From sequence record MW735835.1: a DNA stretch of 64,000 bases. The stretch is one strand, 5' to 3'. The notes below the pieces were generated by a model, which ran no database searches, was not told the DNA's origin, and was given only the letters and a program-made list of their open reading frames with translations. This document shows positions 10,681 to 20,508 of the stretch, in pieces. Made by a program: the position numbers and the translations under genes. Every line of letters starts with the position of its first letter. The first letter of the stretch is position 1.

Positions 10681-12066
10681 ATGGAATTCTCCCAAACGCC
10701 CCTTGGAGCCGAATACGAGCTGATCATGCGTGAAGGCAAAGGCGTCTACTACATGTACGACGCCACTTTCGCGACTGAACGTGAGAATATTGACGCCTTG
10801 CAGGTGGTCAGTATGGATTTCATCCGGGATTACCGTAACTCGGCCTCGGATGAAATCCTCATCAAGCTCGTTGTGCCCTGGGGCCAGTACCTGAACCGGG
10901 TTCTGCCGTTCAAAGAGAACCTGAAGGTGACCATCACTCGCAGTGAAGTTGATACCGTGAGTGGTGAGATCGTCGGGACTCGGGTGGAACAGACGTTTAT
11001 CGCGTTTCTGCCGCCTGAGACCGAAACCGGCATGCTCGATAATAGCCCTGAGACGGCCACGGAGTTCTCCGCGGACATCTCAGGTCTCAAGATCGTGCAA
11101 GTCCAGTTGCAAGAAGAGGCATTCAGCCGTGCCCGTTCGGAAATGGTGGGTGGGGTTTTCCGGGATTCGTCACCTTACGAGGTTCTGATCAGCCTGCTGC
11201 ACAACTCCATCCGACAAATGGACTTGGAGATCGCTGAAAGGATCGTTGGGGTGCACGCAACTCCTCCGAACAACACGGCGAAGCGCGGCACTACCCTGAT
11301 TCCCCACGGCACGCCGCTTGTAGCGCTTGCTGACAAGCTGCAAACCCAGTTGGGCGGTATCTACACTGCCGGAATCGGCTGCTACTTGCAGAAGGGTTAC
11401 TGGCACGTCTGGCCGCTGTACAACTACAAGCTCTATGACTCGGCTGAACGTACGGCCTTGTTCATCCTGGCGCCGTCTGGACGGTATCGGGGTGTGGAGC
11501 GCACCTACCGCATGGTGGACAAACACCTGACGGTATTCATCACTGGTGAAGTCTTGCGGCAAGACCCCTCCGAGATCCTTCTGCTCAACGAAGGTAACGG
11601 GGTCCGGTTTGCCAACGCAGACGCGATGATGGAAGGCTTCTTCGAGGTCTCCGGAAACAAAGCCGTGGCAAAAAGAACAAACAACGCCAATGAGTACGAG
11701 GCAATCAATCGTAAAGGCGTTTCCATGTCCCGAATCACCGAGGATATGGCAACCACGAACAACTTTAACGAAGCCTCCAAAGTTGCTGCCCGTAACGGGG
11801 CGTTCATCACCATGAACTGGGAAAACAGTAACCCAGACCTCATCATTCCTGGATTGCAGTGTGAGATCGGTTTCCTTGTTGAAGGCGACGTCTGCTTCAT
11901 CAACGGGGTCGTAGTGCACGCGCACGGGTATTCGGCATTGTCGGGTACTGGCCTGCACCAACGGATGCACCAGATCACCACGGAAGTGGTGTGTATGGTC
12001 GACCGTCAGTCGCCTGTGTATGCGAAGTTCCTCTCCAGTCAACAAAGCAATTCAACACAAACGTAG
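10681..12066 (+). CDS. virion structural protein, possibly baseplate hub-like
   Basis: 461 aa, beta-rich, GAGGG RBS; hub call is recollection only. Confidence 0.5.
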   Translation: MEFSQTPLGAEYELIMREGKGVYYMYDATFATERENIDALQVVSMDFIRDYRNSASDEILIKLVVPWGQYLNRVLPFKENLKVTITRSEVDTVSGEIVGTRVEQTFIAFLPPETETGMLDNSPETATEFSADISGLKIVQVQLQEEAFSRARSEMVGGVFRDSSPYEVLISLLHNSIRQMDLEIAERIVGVHATPPNNTAKRGTTLIPHGTPLVALADKLQTQLGGIYTAGIGCYLQKGYWHVWPLYNYKLYDSAERTALFILAPSGRYRGVERTYRMVDKHLTVFITGEVLRQDPSEILLLNEGNGVRFANADAMMEGFFEVSGNKAVAKRTNNANEYEAINRKGVSMSRITEDMATTNNFNEASKVAARNGAFITMNWENSNPDLIIPGLQCEIGFLVEGDVCFINGVVVHAHGYSALSGTGLHQRMHQITTEVVCMVDRQSPVYAKFLSSQQSNSTQT

Positions 12067-12069
12067 CAC

Positions 12070-12076
12070 TACATTA
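12070..12076 (+). promoter_or_regulatory. TACATTA candidate early promoter core
   Basis: Intergenic copies at 12070, 16707, 33622, 45621 and 53670. Confidence 0.5.
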
Positions 12077-12111
12077 TCGTGGTGCAGTAACTCAACCTGA
12101 GGTCCACAGCT

Positions 12112-12834
12112 ATGTCTGAAAATCATACGCTGGGGATGGTAACCGTCAGGGCGGGAGAGATACTTACCTTCACATTCGACGAATCCACCCCTGAGAAGCG
12201 TCGGCACCTCACAGTCGTGGCCATCCAAGACATTGATCTAAGTCGTGAGATGGCCTTGTTCTGTCAGGCGACCAACAGAGCTGGTAAGGATATCTACACG
12301 GAGAACGCGCTGCCTGCGTTTATTCAGCATCTGGCAGAGAAGCGGCTCCTGCACGTCGGCAGGGAAGTAAGTGTGCACTTTGGCGACCGTGGTCGTCCTG
12401 CTGCACGACTTATGAATGAGTACAGGTTCAGGATCAACCCCGAATCTTACTGGGAGGACAAGCTGGTCAATCGATACACGACCAGCTCGTTCACGCTATT
12501 CAACCATCAACAGCACAGCCTCATGGTGATGATGGGCGTCGATGCCCCGTTTTACATCCTGGCTGATTTGCTGGACATGCAAGGAGAACCGCTCGGTGTA
12601 CTAAGGCTTTCAATTATACCCGATCAACGGCACACCTTCATCAGTCCCGACGACGTCGAGAGAATCCGGTTGGCCCTGCAAGCCGACATCGCAATGAATG
12701 TAGAAGAGATCAGTGTCATGGTGGAACGAGTCCGTGTGGCATCCAACCCTGACTTTGGTCAAAGCGTCTTCAAGCGTCACCTTCCACCCATCGAACATCC
12801 CCCTAAAGTTGAACCCGAGACATCCACTTCATAA
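12112..12834 (+). CDS. hypothetical protein
   Basis: 240 aa, GAGGT RBS. Confidence 0.75.
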   Translation: MSENHTLGMVTVRAGEILTFTFDESTPEKRRHLTVVAIQDIDLSREMALFCQATNRAGKDIYTENALPAFIQHLAEKRLLHVGREVSVHFGDRGRPAARLMNEYRFRINPESYWEDKLVNRYTTSSFTLFNHQQHSLMVMMGVDAPFYILADLLDMQGEPLGVLRLSIIPDQRHTFISPDDVERIRLALQADIAMNVEEISVMVERVRVASNPDFGQSVFKRHLPPIEHPPKVEPETSTS

Positions 12835-12845
12835 AGGAACAGTGC

Positions 12846-13190
12846 ATGACCACCCCCAACACGTCTTGGAAGAAACCCCGCCCGCAAGGTAACCGCGACG
12901 ATCGTCGTCCGGATCAGCGCCCGCAGCGTTCCAACAGCTTCGGCAGCCTGTCCAGCCTGCGGGAACTCTCCGAACGCCAACCGGTGCGTAAACCGCAAGT
13001 CCAGCCGGAACCCCTGAAGTTCGAGGGTCCGCTGAACCACTGGTATGAAACCGAGCGCAACGGCCGGAAGTCTAAAGTCTTCCTGGTCGAAGTGAAGAAG
13101 GACGTCGTGACTTACAAGGACAAGGTCGAGGACAAGCATTCCCAGACCATGTCCCTGGCGAAGTTCATGAAGTTCTACAAGCCGGAGTAA
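12846..13190 (+). CDS. hypothetical protein with basic disordered N-terminus
   Basis: 114 aa, AAGGA RBS. Confidence 0.75.
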   Translation: MTTPNTSWKKPRPQGNRDDRRPDQRPQRSNSFGSLSSLRELSERQPVRKPQVQPEPLKFEGPLNHWYETERNGRKSKVFLVEVKKDVVTYKDKVEDKHSQTMSLAKFMKFYKPE

Positions 13191-13200
13191 GACGTGGCTT

Positions 13201-13229
13201 GAGGGGGCCTTCGGGCCCTCTCTATGCCC
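13201..13229 (+). terminator. hairpin with TATGCC tail
   Basis: GAGGGGGCC-TTCG-GGCCCTCTC then TATGCCC. Confidence 0.7.
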
Positions 13230-13254
13230 TCTCGCCCAAACCACTGAGGTTGCT

Positions 13255-13536
13255 ATGAAAGCACAGTACGTAGTACTGCCGAGTGCGAAAGTGCCGGTAC
13301 GAGCTGGTCAGTTCTTTTCTTTGTCCAGCAAGTTGGACCCAAGCACCAAGGACAACTTCAAAGCCCTCGTGGACTTCGACATGGTCGAAGAGGCACTGAA
13401 GGCTGGTGTTGATCTGCACAAACCCGGCACCCCGACTGACAATGCTCGGGCCAACATGTCCATCGCTGCTCACCTCGTTCATTCGGGCTTGGCAGAAATT
13501 GTTGACAAGCCGAGTAAAAACAAACAAACACACTGA
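13255..13536 (+). CDS. hypothetical protein
   Basis: 93 aa, GAGGT RBS. Confidence 0.7.
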   Translation: MKAQYVVLPSAKVPVRAGQFFSLSSKLDPSTKDNFKALVDFDMVEEALKAGVDLHKPGTPTDNARANMSIAAHLVHSGLAEIVDKPSKNKQTH

Positions 13537-13561
13537 ATGGTGTGTATCAAAGGAGTTATCC

Positions 13562-13726
13562 ATGAAACCAGCCGATAAGGAGTTCGAGTCACGCGACGAG
13601 CTGGAAAAGGCTTACAGCGCCGGGTCTCTGAAGACCGGTGAGCGTTACTACGTTCGCAACATCAACGTCACCTATCGCCTTGACGTTACACGTAAAGGCT
13701 TTGTAGAAATCCCGAATAACCAGTGA
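13562..13726 (+). CDS. small hypothetical protein
   Basis: Start moved to ATG 13562 after AAGGAG. Confidence 0.65.
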   Translation: MKPADKEFESRDELEKAYSAGSLKTGERYYVRNINVTYRLDVTRKGFVEIPNNQ

Positions 13727-13733
13727 GGCTGTA

Positions 13734-14084
13734 ATGGACCACGTGTATATCTGGTGGCTGGACAAATGGCTGCTGATGGCAACTCACATGTTGCTGGAAG
13801 AAGCTGACCGCGGCAATCATTCGATCAACATCCTCCCGGGCCACATCAAGATAGCGTTGGATCAGGCTTGCGGCAAGCACTACGGTGGTCAGCTGTACCC
13901 ACCGATCACCCTGGCCGGGAGTGTCAACCCCGACCACCTGGACGTCCTGCAACAAGAGCGCCAACTGGCGGCCATCCTGTCCAATGGCTGGTTCGGCGTT
14001 CCGTTCGAAGAAGTGCACCTGCCCACCATCAAGCAGTACCCGGGCATCATCACTACCTTTAGCCTTCAGGCGGTGCGGAAATGA
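13734..14084 (+). CDS. hypothetical protein
   Basis: 116 aa, GAGG RBS. Confidence 0.7.
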   Translation: MDHVYIWWLDKWLLMATHMLLEEADRGNHSINILPGHIKIALDQACGKHYGGQLYPPITLAGSVNPDHLDVLQQERQLAAILSNGWFGVPFEEVHLPTIKQYPGIITTFSLQAVRK

Positions 14085-14695
14085 TCAGTGCAATCGATTT
14101 CTTGGTCAAAGGCGGCGGGCAGTTCGAGATCATCAAGGCTGACCATTGCGAAGTAGGCCTGGTCAACCTGTTCCTCGACGTTTCCTCGGCCACCACCGTC
14201 AAGGATCGTTACGATCTGATCTTCACCCCGGGTAACAGCTTCGGTCACATGACCGGCGGTTTCGACCTGGGTGTGGTGGAAGTCTTCGGGCGTGAGATCC
14301 AGATGAAGGTCCTGGAGATGATCAAGCAGAAGTACAGCGGTATGATGCCGGTGGGCTCTGCTGAAGTCGTCCAGATTGGTAACCATGCCGTGGTCTATGT
14401 TCCGACCATGATGGTGCCGACTCGTAACACAGGCCTGATCGATCCGTACATGCTCATGTGGCAAGGTCTGCGTGCAGTTGATCAATTCACCAAAGATACC
14501 GGAATCCATTTCCGCCATGCCCTCTGTCCGTTGTTCTGTGCGGGCACTGGTGGGTCGGCTCCTGACGTGGCCCTCCATCAGCAGAACATGGCGGTCTACG
14601 AGCATCGTCTCTCTCGTTCCGGTGCTCACCTGGGCTGCACTGACCTGTTCAGTGATGGCATGATCCGTTACAACTCCTTGTTCCAAGGTAAGTGA
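14081..14695 (+). CDS. Macro domain (ADP-ribose binding/processing) protein
   Basis: DLIFTPGNSFGHMTGGFDLG matches the SPANSFGxMxGGxD signature; CAGTGG second loop. Confidence 0.8.
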   Translation: MISAIDFLVKGGGQFEIIKADHCEVGLVNLFLDVSSATTVKDRYDLIFTPGNSFGHMTGGFDLGVVEVFGREIQMKVLEMIKQKYSGMMPVGSAEVVQIGNHAVVYVPTMMVPTRNTGLIDPYMLMWQGLRAVDQFTKDTGIHFRHALCPLFCAGTGGSAPDVALHQQNMAVYEHRLSRSGAHLGCTDLFSDGMIRYNSLFQGK

Positions 14696-15345
14696 TGGAC
14701 TTCTGGAAGGCGATGGGATGGGAGTGGAGCTTCACCTGGTGTGGGGTCGGCTCCCGTGATGTCCCGGAAGAATTCGAGCCTTTGTTGATTTGGGTAGGTC
14801 ATTGCATGGCGCTGTTGAAGGGTGTGTTGTGTACCGGTGATGCCACTGGTTCCGACTACCTCTTCTGGCAAGGCTATGAGCGCGGTAAGGCAGAGAACAT
14901 GCCACCTGCGCAGATCTACTACACCAAGCTGAAGAACATGCGTAGCCTCTCTCACGACCCATTTAAGGGCCATCATGAGGCTGAACGCTATGACACCCAT
15001 GCCGAGGCCCAAGCGCTCGCATTTCGCGCTCGTGGCTCGTTTGAAGGGCTATTCCCATCAGGCATCGGGCTCCACACCCGCAACGCTTTCCAAGTCTTGT
15101 CGGAAGAGTTGTGCTTCCCGCGTTGGATCACTGTGTTCTGGGCTAAACCTGTCGGTAAGAAAGGTTTGGTTTCCGGTGGTACCAACACGGCAGTACAGCT
15201 GTCCGTCATGAACAACATCAAGAAGGTCAACCTGTACGTTGAGGAGGACCGCATCAAGTTCGTCGAGTGGCTTAAAGGGCAGCTTGTCAAGAAAGGCATC
15301 CCAGTTCCGCCCCTCGACACACCCGAGCTGCCAATGGCAGCGTAG
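14692..15345 (+). CDS. SLOG-superfamily (DprA/YspA-like) protein
   Basis: GVGSRDVP, TGDATGSD, RNAFQVL and GGTNTA motifs. Confidence 0.7.
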   Translation: MMDFWKAMGWEWSFTWCGVGSRDVPEEFEPLLIWVGHCMALLKGVLCTGDATGSDYLFWQGYERGKAENMPPAQIYYTKLKNMRSLSHDPFKGHHEAERYDTHAEAQALAFRARGSFEGLFPSGIGLHTRNAFQVLSEELCFPRWITVFWAKPVGKKGLVSGGTNTAVQLSVMNNIKKVNLYVEEDRIKFVEWLKGQLVKKGIPVPPLDTPELPMAA

Positions 15346-15354
15346 GAGAATCTC

Positions 15355-15630
15355 GTGGATGACCGCATTATTGTAGTGGGTACCGATCATGGCTCTGCGA
15401 TGGAGCAACTCCGTAAGATCGCAGATTGTGAACGACCGTTGCCGGCACCTGCCATTGTGTTGGCTCCTGGCATTGAGCTGAAGCAACACCAGAGCCTCAC
15501 CACTCTGTGCCGCGAAGCCGGCTATAAGGTCACCGACATGATCGGTGGCATGGGTGTCATTCCCGACAAAAAGAAAGAACGGCCAGTGATCAAGGCAATG
15601 AGCCTGGCCGAGTTGTTCAAACTCAAATAA
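15355..15630 (+). CDS. hypothetical protein
   Basis: 91 aa, GTG start after AGGAG. Confidence 0.7.
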   Translation: MDDRIIVVGTDHGSAMEQLRKIADCERPLPAPAIVLAPGIELKQHQSLTTLCREAGYKVTDMIGGMGVIPDKKKERPVIKAMSLAELFKLK

Positions 15631-15642
15631 CCTGGGGGCTGC

Positions 15643-16317
15643 ATGCTTCGTTATCAACCGACACACAAGGGCTTCTTGCTCGCAATCGAAGGACCGGATG
15701 GGGCGGGCAAGTCTACCCTGCGTACCTGGCTGAGCGACTGGTTCCAGTCCCACGGCATTACTGCGGTGATCACCCGTGAACCAGGCGGCACGCCTGAAGC
15801 CGAGATGATCCGTCAGGATATCCTGCGTAAGCGCGAACCCCATGAAGAACCTGTCTGTGCTTTGACCCAAGCGTTGAAGTTCATGGCTGCTCGTGCCCAG
15901 CACATCGACCGTGTGCTGAAACCTAACATCGTTGCGGGCGAGTTGGTCATCACTGACCGCTTCTGCGACAGCACCTTCGCGTACCAGAGCCAGGAGGGTG
16001 TGGACCTTGGCAAGCTGCGTGCTATGCATGACGTGGCGTTTGACGGGTTCAAGCCAGACCTGACCATCTTGCTCGACGGGGACCCCAACATCTTCCGTGA
16101 GCGTATGGCAGGCCGTGGTGAAGGCGCCTTGAACTTCTACGACCTCAAGCCCATGTCGTTCCATGAACAGTCTCGCCGGGTCTACAGCGAGTGTGCTTCG
16201 ATGGATGCCAACCGTTACGCGGTGATCGACGCGACCCAGAACTTCGAACAGGTTCAGGCACAGATCATCCCGTACCTGATGGACATCGACGCCTGGCTGC
16301 GTAAACGCCCAGCATAA
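15643..16317 (+). CDS. tmk: thymidylate kinase
   Basis: IEGPDGAGKST P-loop, TREPGG, TDRFCDSTFAYQ, KPDLTILLD. Confidence 0.95.
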   Translation: MLRYQPTHKGFLLAIEGPDGAGKSTLRTWLSDWFQSHGITAVITREPGGTPEAEMIRQDILRKREPHEEPVCALTQALKFMAARAQHIDRVLKPNIVAGELVITDRFCDSTFAYQSQEGVDLGKLRAMHDVAFDGFKPDLTILLDGDPNIFRERMAGRGEGALNFYDLKPMSFHEQSRRVYSECASMDANRYAVIDATQNFEQVQAQIIPYLMDIDAWLRKRPA

Positions 16318-16324
16318 CCCAGAA

Positions 16325-16357
16325 GAGTGGAGGGATGACCCCTCCACTCCTTTGCCC
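16325..16357 (+). terminator. hairpin terminator
   Basis: 10-bp stem GAGTGGAGGG/CCCTCCACTC, tail CTTTGCCC. Confidence 0.7.
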
Positions 16358-16370
16358 TTAGGAGGGTATT

Positions 16371-16703
16371 ATGTCCATCATCATGACCACCATTTTGGCC
16401 GGTGAAGAAGAGCCCATGCAGCCTGTGGGTATCGATCCACACGGCACTCATCGGTTCCTCGAGAATCGCATCGTTCGTGACCTGCTGGACTTTGCATCTC
16501 CCCGTGGCTTCGACCTGAACCACATTGCAGTCCGTGGTCATGAAGGCCACTACTCTGATTCCGAGCATCGTCAGATGGCGCAGCTGATCGGTTACAGCGT
16601 TTGCGGTTACGGCACGTTGTCGTATGTCAATGATGCTTCGTACGAGGAAGCCTGGCGGCGGAGCCAAGCCCTCGAATCGGAAGACGATCCGAAAGAAGAG
16701 TGA
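16371..16703 (+). CDS. conserved hypothetical protein
   Basis: 110 aa, GGAGG RBS, QMAQLIGYSVCGY motif. Confidence 0.75.
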   Translation: MSIIMTTILAGEEEPMQPVGIDPHGTHRFLENRIVRDLLDFASPRGFDLNHIAVRGHEGHYSDSEHRQMAQLIGYSVCGYGTLSYVNDASYEEAWRRSQALESEDDPKEE

Positions 16704-16743
16704 TCCTACATTACACCAATACAGTCACCTAGGAGAGACAGGA

Positions 16744-17139
16744 ATGTCTAACACCCGCGCTGAAGAGTTGGCTCTCGCCGTATCCTCGATAGAGACCAAC
16801 GTCAACACCATCGAAGCATTGGTCGGTCAAGCGTACGCCAATGCTGATTTCAACTTCGTTACTGATTTCCGTGATTCCCGTGGCGCCAGCCTGGCTGAGT
16901 CCGGCGCCATCATGGGGGTCCTTGTCCGCCGTATGCAGGAGAACCTCAACTCCCTGGCGAACGTGCTTTACATTCGTGAACTGGAATCCCAACGGGAAGC
17001 CGTACCATGGCGTGAAATGGCAAAGGAAAACCGTCGTGTGGAAGCCATCTCGATGCTGCGCAAGTTCGCCAGCAATATCAGTTTCAGTGTCGGAGACGCT
17101 CGTGATGTGGTAGATGCCTACCTCAAACACGGTTTCTGA
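16744..17139 (+). CDS. hypothetical helical protein
   Basis: Start moved to ATG 16744 after AGGAG. Confidence 0.7.
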   Translation: MSNTRAEELALAVSSIETNVNTIEALVGQAYANADFNFVTDFRDSRGASLAESGAIMGVLVRRMQENLNSLANVLYIRELESQREAVPWREMAKENRRVEAISMLRKFASNISFSVGDARDVVDAYLKHGF

Positions 17140-17227
17140 CCACCCGGAATAGGTAGAGCAGACCTAAGGCCATATACTGGTATAAACCGTTTTGGATGCT
17201 CAAACCAACATCAATCGGAGAAACACC

Positions 17228-18265
17228 ATGCATACCACTCAAACCACCCACCATCGTATCTTCGCTACCAATCTCGGCGGGTCTGTGCTCGACGATGTAA
17301 TGGCGGGCATTGGCGCAGACTTCACTGGTGACGCTGGGGTATTTGACCTCGTCATCGCTGAGGGGGACGACTTCTCGCTGGACACCGTCATCCGTGACAT
17401 GTTCCCAGCACGTCTGCTTCCTGACACCGCAGAAACCCCGTGGCACGTCGATCTGGGTGTCCTGGCTGAAAAGCTGGGCGAACTCTGCGAGCAGGAGGGC
17501 TACAAGCCTCAGACTGGCATGTTCACCCGCAAGTACTACGAGGACGGCGTCCAGGCTTCCTGTGACATCTCCTGCATCGAACTGATGGACCTGCTGATGG
17601 CTTTGGCGGGCAACCATTATAAGATCGAAGGTATCTACACCCAGTGGGCGATGCACAGCGACAAAGCGCAGTTTGGTGCTCACGCTGGTGGTACCCGCAT
17701 CACCACCCGCCACTTCTCGGTGCCGTGCTTCACTCCGCCGGATCGGGCAGAGACCGTGATCAAGACTCTGGCCAAGCACAAGCTGTGCGAAGTCGGCGAC
17801 TACTTCGTCAACGAGTTCATCAACCCGATCCTGGATTGTGTCCCGGAAGGTCCGATGCAGGGTGCAGTGGAGCGTGCTGCCATTCGTTTTATGGGTGGCT
17901 ATCGTGCACCGGTGTCCGAAGGCTTCCTGGCCAGTGTGTCTGAGCCTGCGGATAAGTCCGACGTGGCAGGAAACGAGGTGCCGGTGTTCGGTGGGGTCCC
18001 GATGGAGAAAACCGGTAAAGACTGGACCGTTCGTGATCTGGACTACTACCGTAACTGGAACTTCAGGCAGGTTGGCATCCTCTCTGGGATTTCGGTGACT
18101 GAGGAAGACGCCATCTTCTACATCGACTGGTTCGGTCTGAAACTTTCCGACTACCTGCACAATCAGCTGAAACTGCCAGCAGACTACGTGGCTACCGTCA
18201 AGGACATCCGTTCTCGTCTGCTCGCTGGTGAAGAACTCACCATCCCGAATCGCGAAAACAAGTGA
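17228..18265 (+). CDS. hypothetical protein
   Basis: Start ATG 17228 after GGAG; strong codon bias. Confidence 0.75.
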   Translation: MHTTQTTHHRIFATNLGGSVLDDVMAGIGADFTGDAGVFDLVIAEGDDFSLDTVIRDMFPARLLPDTAETPWHVDLGVLAEKLGELCEQEGYKPQTGMFTRKYYEDGVQASCDISCIELMDLLMALAGNHYKIEGIYTQWAMHSDKAQFGAHAGGTRITTRHFSVPCFTPPDRAETVIKTLAKHKLCEVGDYFVNEFINPILDCVPEGPMQGAVERAAIRFMGGYRAPVSEGFLASVSEPADKSDVAGNEVPVFGGVPMEKTGKDWTVRDLDYYRNWNFRQVGILSGISVTEEDAIFYIDWFGLKLSDYLHNQLKLPADYVATVKDIRSRLLAGEELTIPNRENK

Positions 18266-18272
18266 CAAAATA

Positions 18273-18298
18273 GATAGAGGGACTTCGGTCCCTCTATC
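18273..18298 (+). terminator. hairpin terminator
   Basis: 11-bp stem GATAGAGGGAC/GTCCCTCTATC, TTCG loop. Confidence 0.7.
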
Positions 18299-18328
18299 AT
18301 TCACCAATCTTTATCAGGAATCATCATC

Positions 18329-19009
18329 GTGGCAGAAGCAGTTACCGAAATCGAATACGACACCCTTGAGCAGGAGTCCTCCGTACTGGAAATGTTCATG
18401 GCGATCAAGAACCCCAACGCCAAGAAAGTCAAGAAGCTCGCTGCCCGGCTTTATAACGAACTCCCGCTCGAGATCCAGAAGCGTCTGTGCCGTGACATCT
18501 ACCGCGCACATGACCCGGTCCTCTACATGACCACCTGCTACAACAAGATCCACGATTGCGCCATCCTCGTGAAACAGTTCATCGAAGACGGCTGCCACGG
18601 GATGATCTTTACCGGCAAGAACGGTACGGACACCTACCCGATCAAGTTGGACACCCGCACCAACTGGCTGAACGAAGGCAAACGCTGGGACCCCGAGCAG
18701 GAAATGATCATCCAGCATGAAGCCGTGAATTCATGGATGCGTGATCACGACAAGGGTTACTTCTTCGGCAAGGTCGTACTCTTCCCCACCTTCGGTTTCT
18801 CCGGTGAGCCTCGCATCATCGAGATGGCCTGCGGCGACACCGAGGGCATGGTCAAGTACCCGGGCACTGACTTCTACGTGAAGGCTGGTGCTGAACTCGA
18901 TGTGCAGGCAGTAGCTAGGGCTCAGATCGACATGGATCGCCGTCGCAATGAAAAGTCCAAGCTACTCGACCACCAACTGAAGCAGGAGTTTGCCAAGCTT
19001 GCGAAATAA
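18329..19009 (+). CDS. hypothetical protein
   Basis: 226 aa, GTG start. Confidence 0.75.
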   Translation: MAEAVTEIEYDTLEQESSVLEMFMAIKNPNAKKVKKLAARLYNELPLEIQKRLCRDIYRAHDPVLYMTTCYNKIHDCAILVKQFIEDGCHGMIFTGKNGTDTYPIKLDTRTNWLNEGKRWDPEQEMIIQHEAVNSWMRDHDKGYFFGKVVLFPTFGFSGEPRIIEMACGDTEGMVKYPGTDFYVKAGAELDVQAVARAQIDMDRRRNEKSKLLDHQLKQEFAKLAK

Positions 19010-19020
19010 CGAGGTGTAAG

Positions 19021-19701
19021 ATGAGCAGACCTGTCATTGATCTCATCGGGCAGCGTTTCAACATGTGGACGGTTAAAGATCTCCATAAGAACCGCTCTAA
19101 AGATGGGGGTTCTCGATGGGTCTGTGAGTGTGATTGTGGGGCGACCGGGGTGGTCTCTCGGCGCAACCTGGTTACAGGAAAATCCAAGTGTTGCGGCTGT
19201 TATGTCAGTGCGGAAGGGCTAGCCAATATCAGTCAGGCTAATTTCGTGCACGGCATGCGGACATCTCCAGAATACACCGCTTGGGCGGCGATGGTGCAAC
19301 AATGCACTAATCCAAAGCACATCGACTTTTGGAGATACGGCGGGTCTGGAATCGGGATCGTCCCAGAATGGGAGGCGGACTTCGAGAACTTTCTTACCGA
19401 CATGGGCCTACGACCCTCACCGTTGCATCGGCTCGAACGTATCGACGATACGCAGGGGTTCTCCAAGGATAACTGTCAATGGTCCATGACAGCCCACAAG
19501 AAAAGAAAGATCGATTATACTGGAACCCACACAATCCATGGCGAAGACCTCACCCTCCTTGAGATCGCTGAAAAATACAAGGTGCATTATTTTCGATTGC
19601 GGTACCGAGTCGCTAAGAAGGGACAGGCTGCTATCGATGCACTCAATGAATTACTGGAGCTAAAGAAAACATATGTCGCAGAAACTCTACATCGAGAATA
19701 A
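19021..19701 (+). CDS. HNH-type homing endonuclease-like protein, degenerate active site
   Basis: CECDCG...KSKCCGC module, YGGSGI..PEW..FENFLTDMG.RP, ERIDD...NCQW, C-terminal HTH; atypical codon usage. Confidence 0.8.
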   Translation: MSRPVIDLIGQRFNMWTVKDLHKNRSKDGGSRWVCECDCGATGVVSRRNLVTGKSKCCGCYVSAEGLANISQANFVHGMRTSPEYTAWAAMVQQCTNPKHIDFWRYGGSGIGIVPEWEADFENFLTDMGLRPSPLHRLERIDDTQGFSKDNCQWSMTAHKKRKIDYTGTHTIHGEDLTLLEIAEKYKVHYFRLRYRVAKKGQAAIDALNELLELKKTYVAETLHRE

Positions 19702-20278
19702 CCAGGAAGTCCGTGATCTGATCACCAAGTACGGCTTTGCGCAGAATGCACACGGTCGTTACTTCCTGGATGAACCGTTCCTGGATCATGCAGTCGTGGA
19801 TGAAGAGTGCCCCGAGGGTTTCCGTCCGGTGGCATTGCATATCGTACCGTACACCATCGTTGAGGGTGAGATCATCTACTACGCTTTCAACAGCATGGGC
19901 TTGCCGACTATCTACGTCAGCTTCAGCATCACCCCGGACGACTTCGTCAACCACAAGGCCGGGGATGAACTGATGTCGCCTTGCCAGTCGATTGTGGGTA
20001 AGGTCATCCAAACCTTCGATGCGCCACACATCGACCTGAAGGTGGACATCGACAAGTTCAAGTTCCCGGCAGTGGTCGATGGTGAGTTCGTGTGGTCGAT
20101 GGAAGTCCAATCTGCTGACCATCACACTGTGGATGAGCTGGTCGCTCAGTTGGGTTCCATCCTGGGGCGCGTCACCAAAGAGCAAATCATCAATGGTGAC
20201 GTGGAAGTCAACAAATTGTCCAAGGACGTGGTCGCTTACAAGGCGCCTGACGTCGCTCCGGACATCACGGTGGGCTGA
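19673..20278 (+). CDS. hypothetical protein
   Basis: 201 aa; RBS and start lie inside the HNH 3' end. Confidence 0.75.
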   Translation: MSQKLYIENNQEVRDLITKYGFAQNAHGRYFLDEPFLDHAVVDEECPEGFRPVALHIVPYTIVEGEIIYYAFNSMGLPTIYVSFSITPDDFVNHKAGDELMSPCQSIVGKVIQTFDAPHIDLKVDIDKFKFPAVVDGEFVWSMEVQSADHHTVDELVAQLGSILGRVTKEQIINGDVEVNKLSKDVVAYKAPDVAPDITVG

Positions 20279-20279
20279 C

Positions 20280-20507
20280 ATGATCTTCCTCAAGGTTACC
20301 GTCATCGCACTGATCGCGATGCTTGTCCTGGCCTGGTTGGTTTATCGAGTCAGGCCGCGTTACACCAACTGGATCGACCACGACTGTGAGCGAGCCATGA
20401 GTTTCCTGATGTACCTGCGCACGACTTGGAAGGAACGCCTGTTCGCCTTGGTCTGCCTGTGGATCATCGTCTACTACAGCCTCATCAATAACCCCTGGAG
20501 TTCGTAA
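20280..20507 (+). CDS. small membrane protein
   Basis: Start ATG 20280; two hydrophobic segments. Confidence 0.65.
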   Translation: MIFLKVTVIALIAMLVLAWLVYRVRPRYTNWIDHDCERAMSFLMYLRTTWKERLFALVCLWIIVYYSLINNPWSS

Positions 20508-20508
20508 C

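Noticed and set aside
2237-15345. C-terminal AA ends (HTDAA, PMAA, YAAAK) as ClpX degrons
   Set aside because: Too short to distinguish from chance without degradation data
17150-17185. Sigma70-like promoter (TATACT) with short palindromes
   Set aside because: No convincing -35 element; single occurrence
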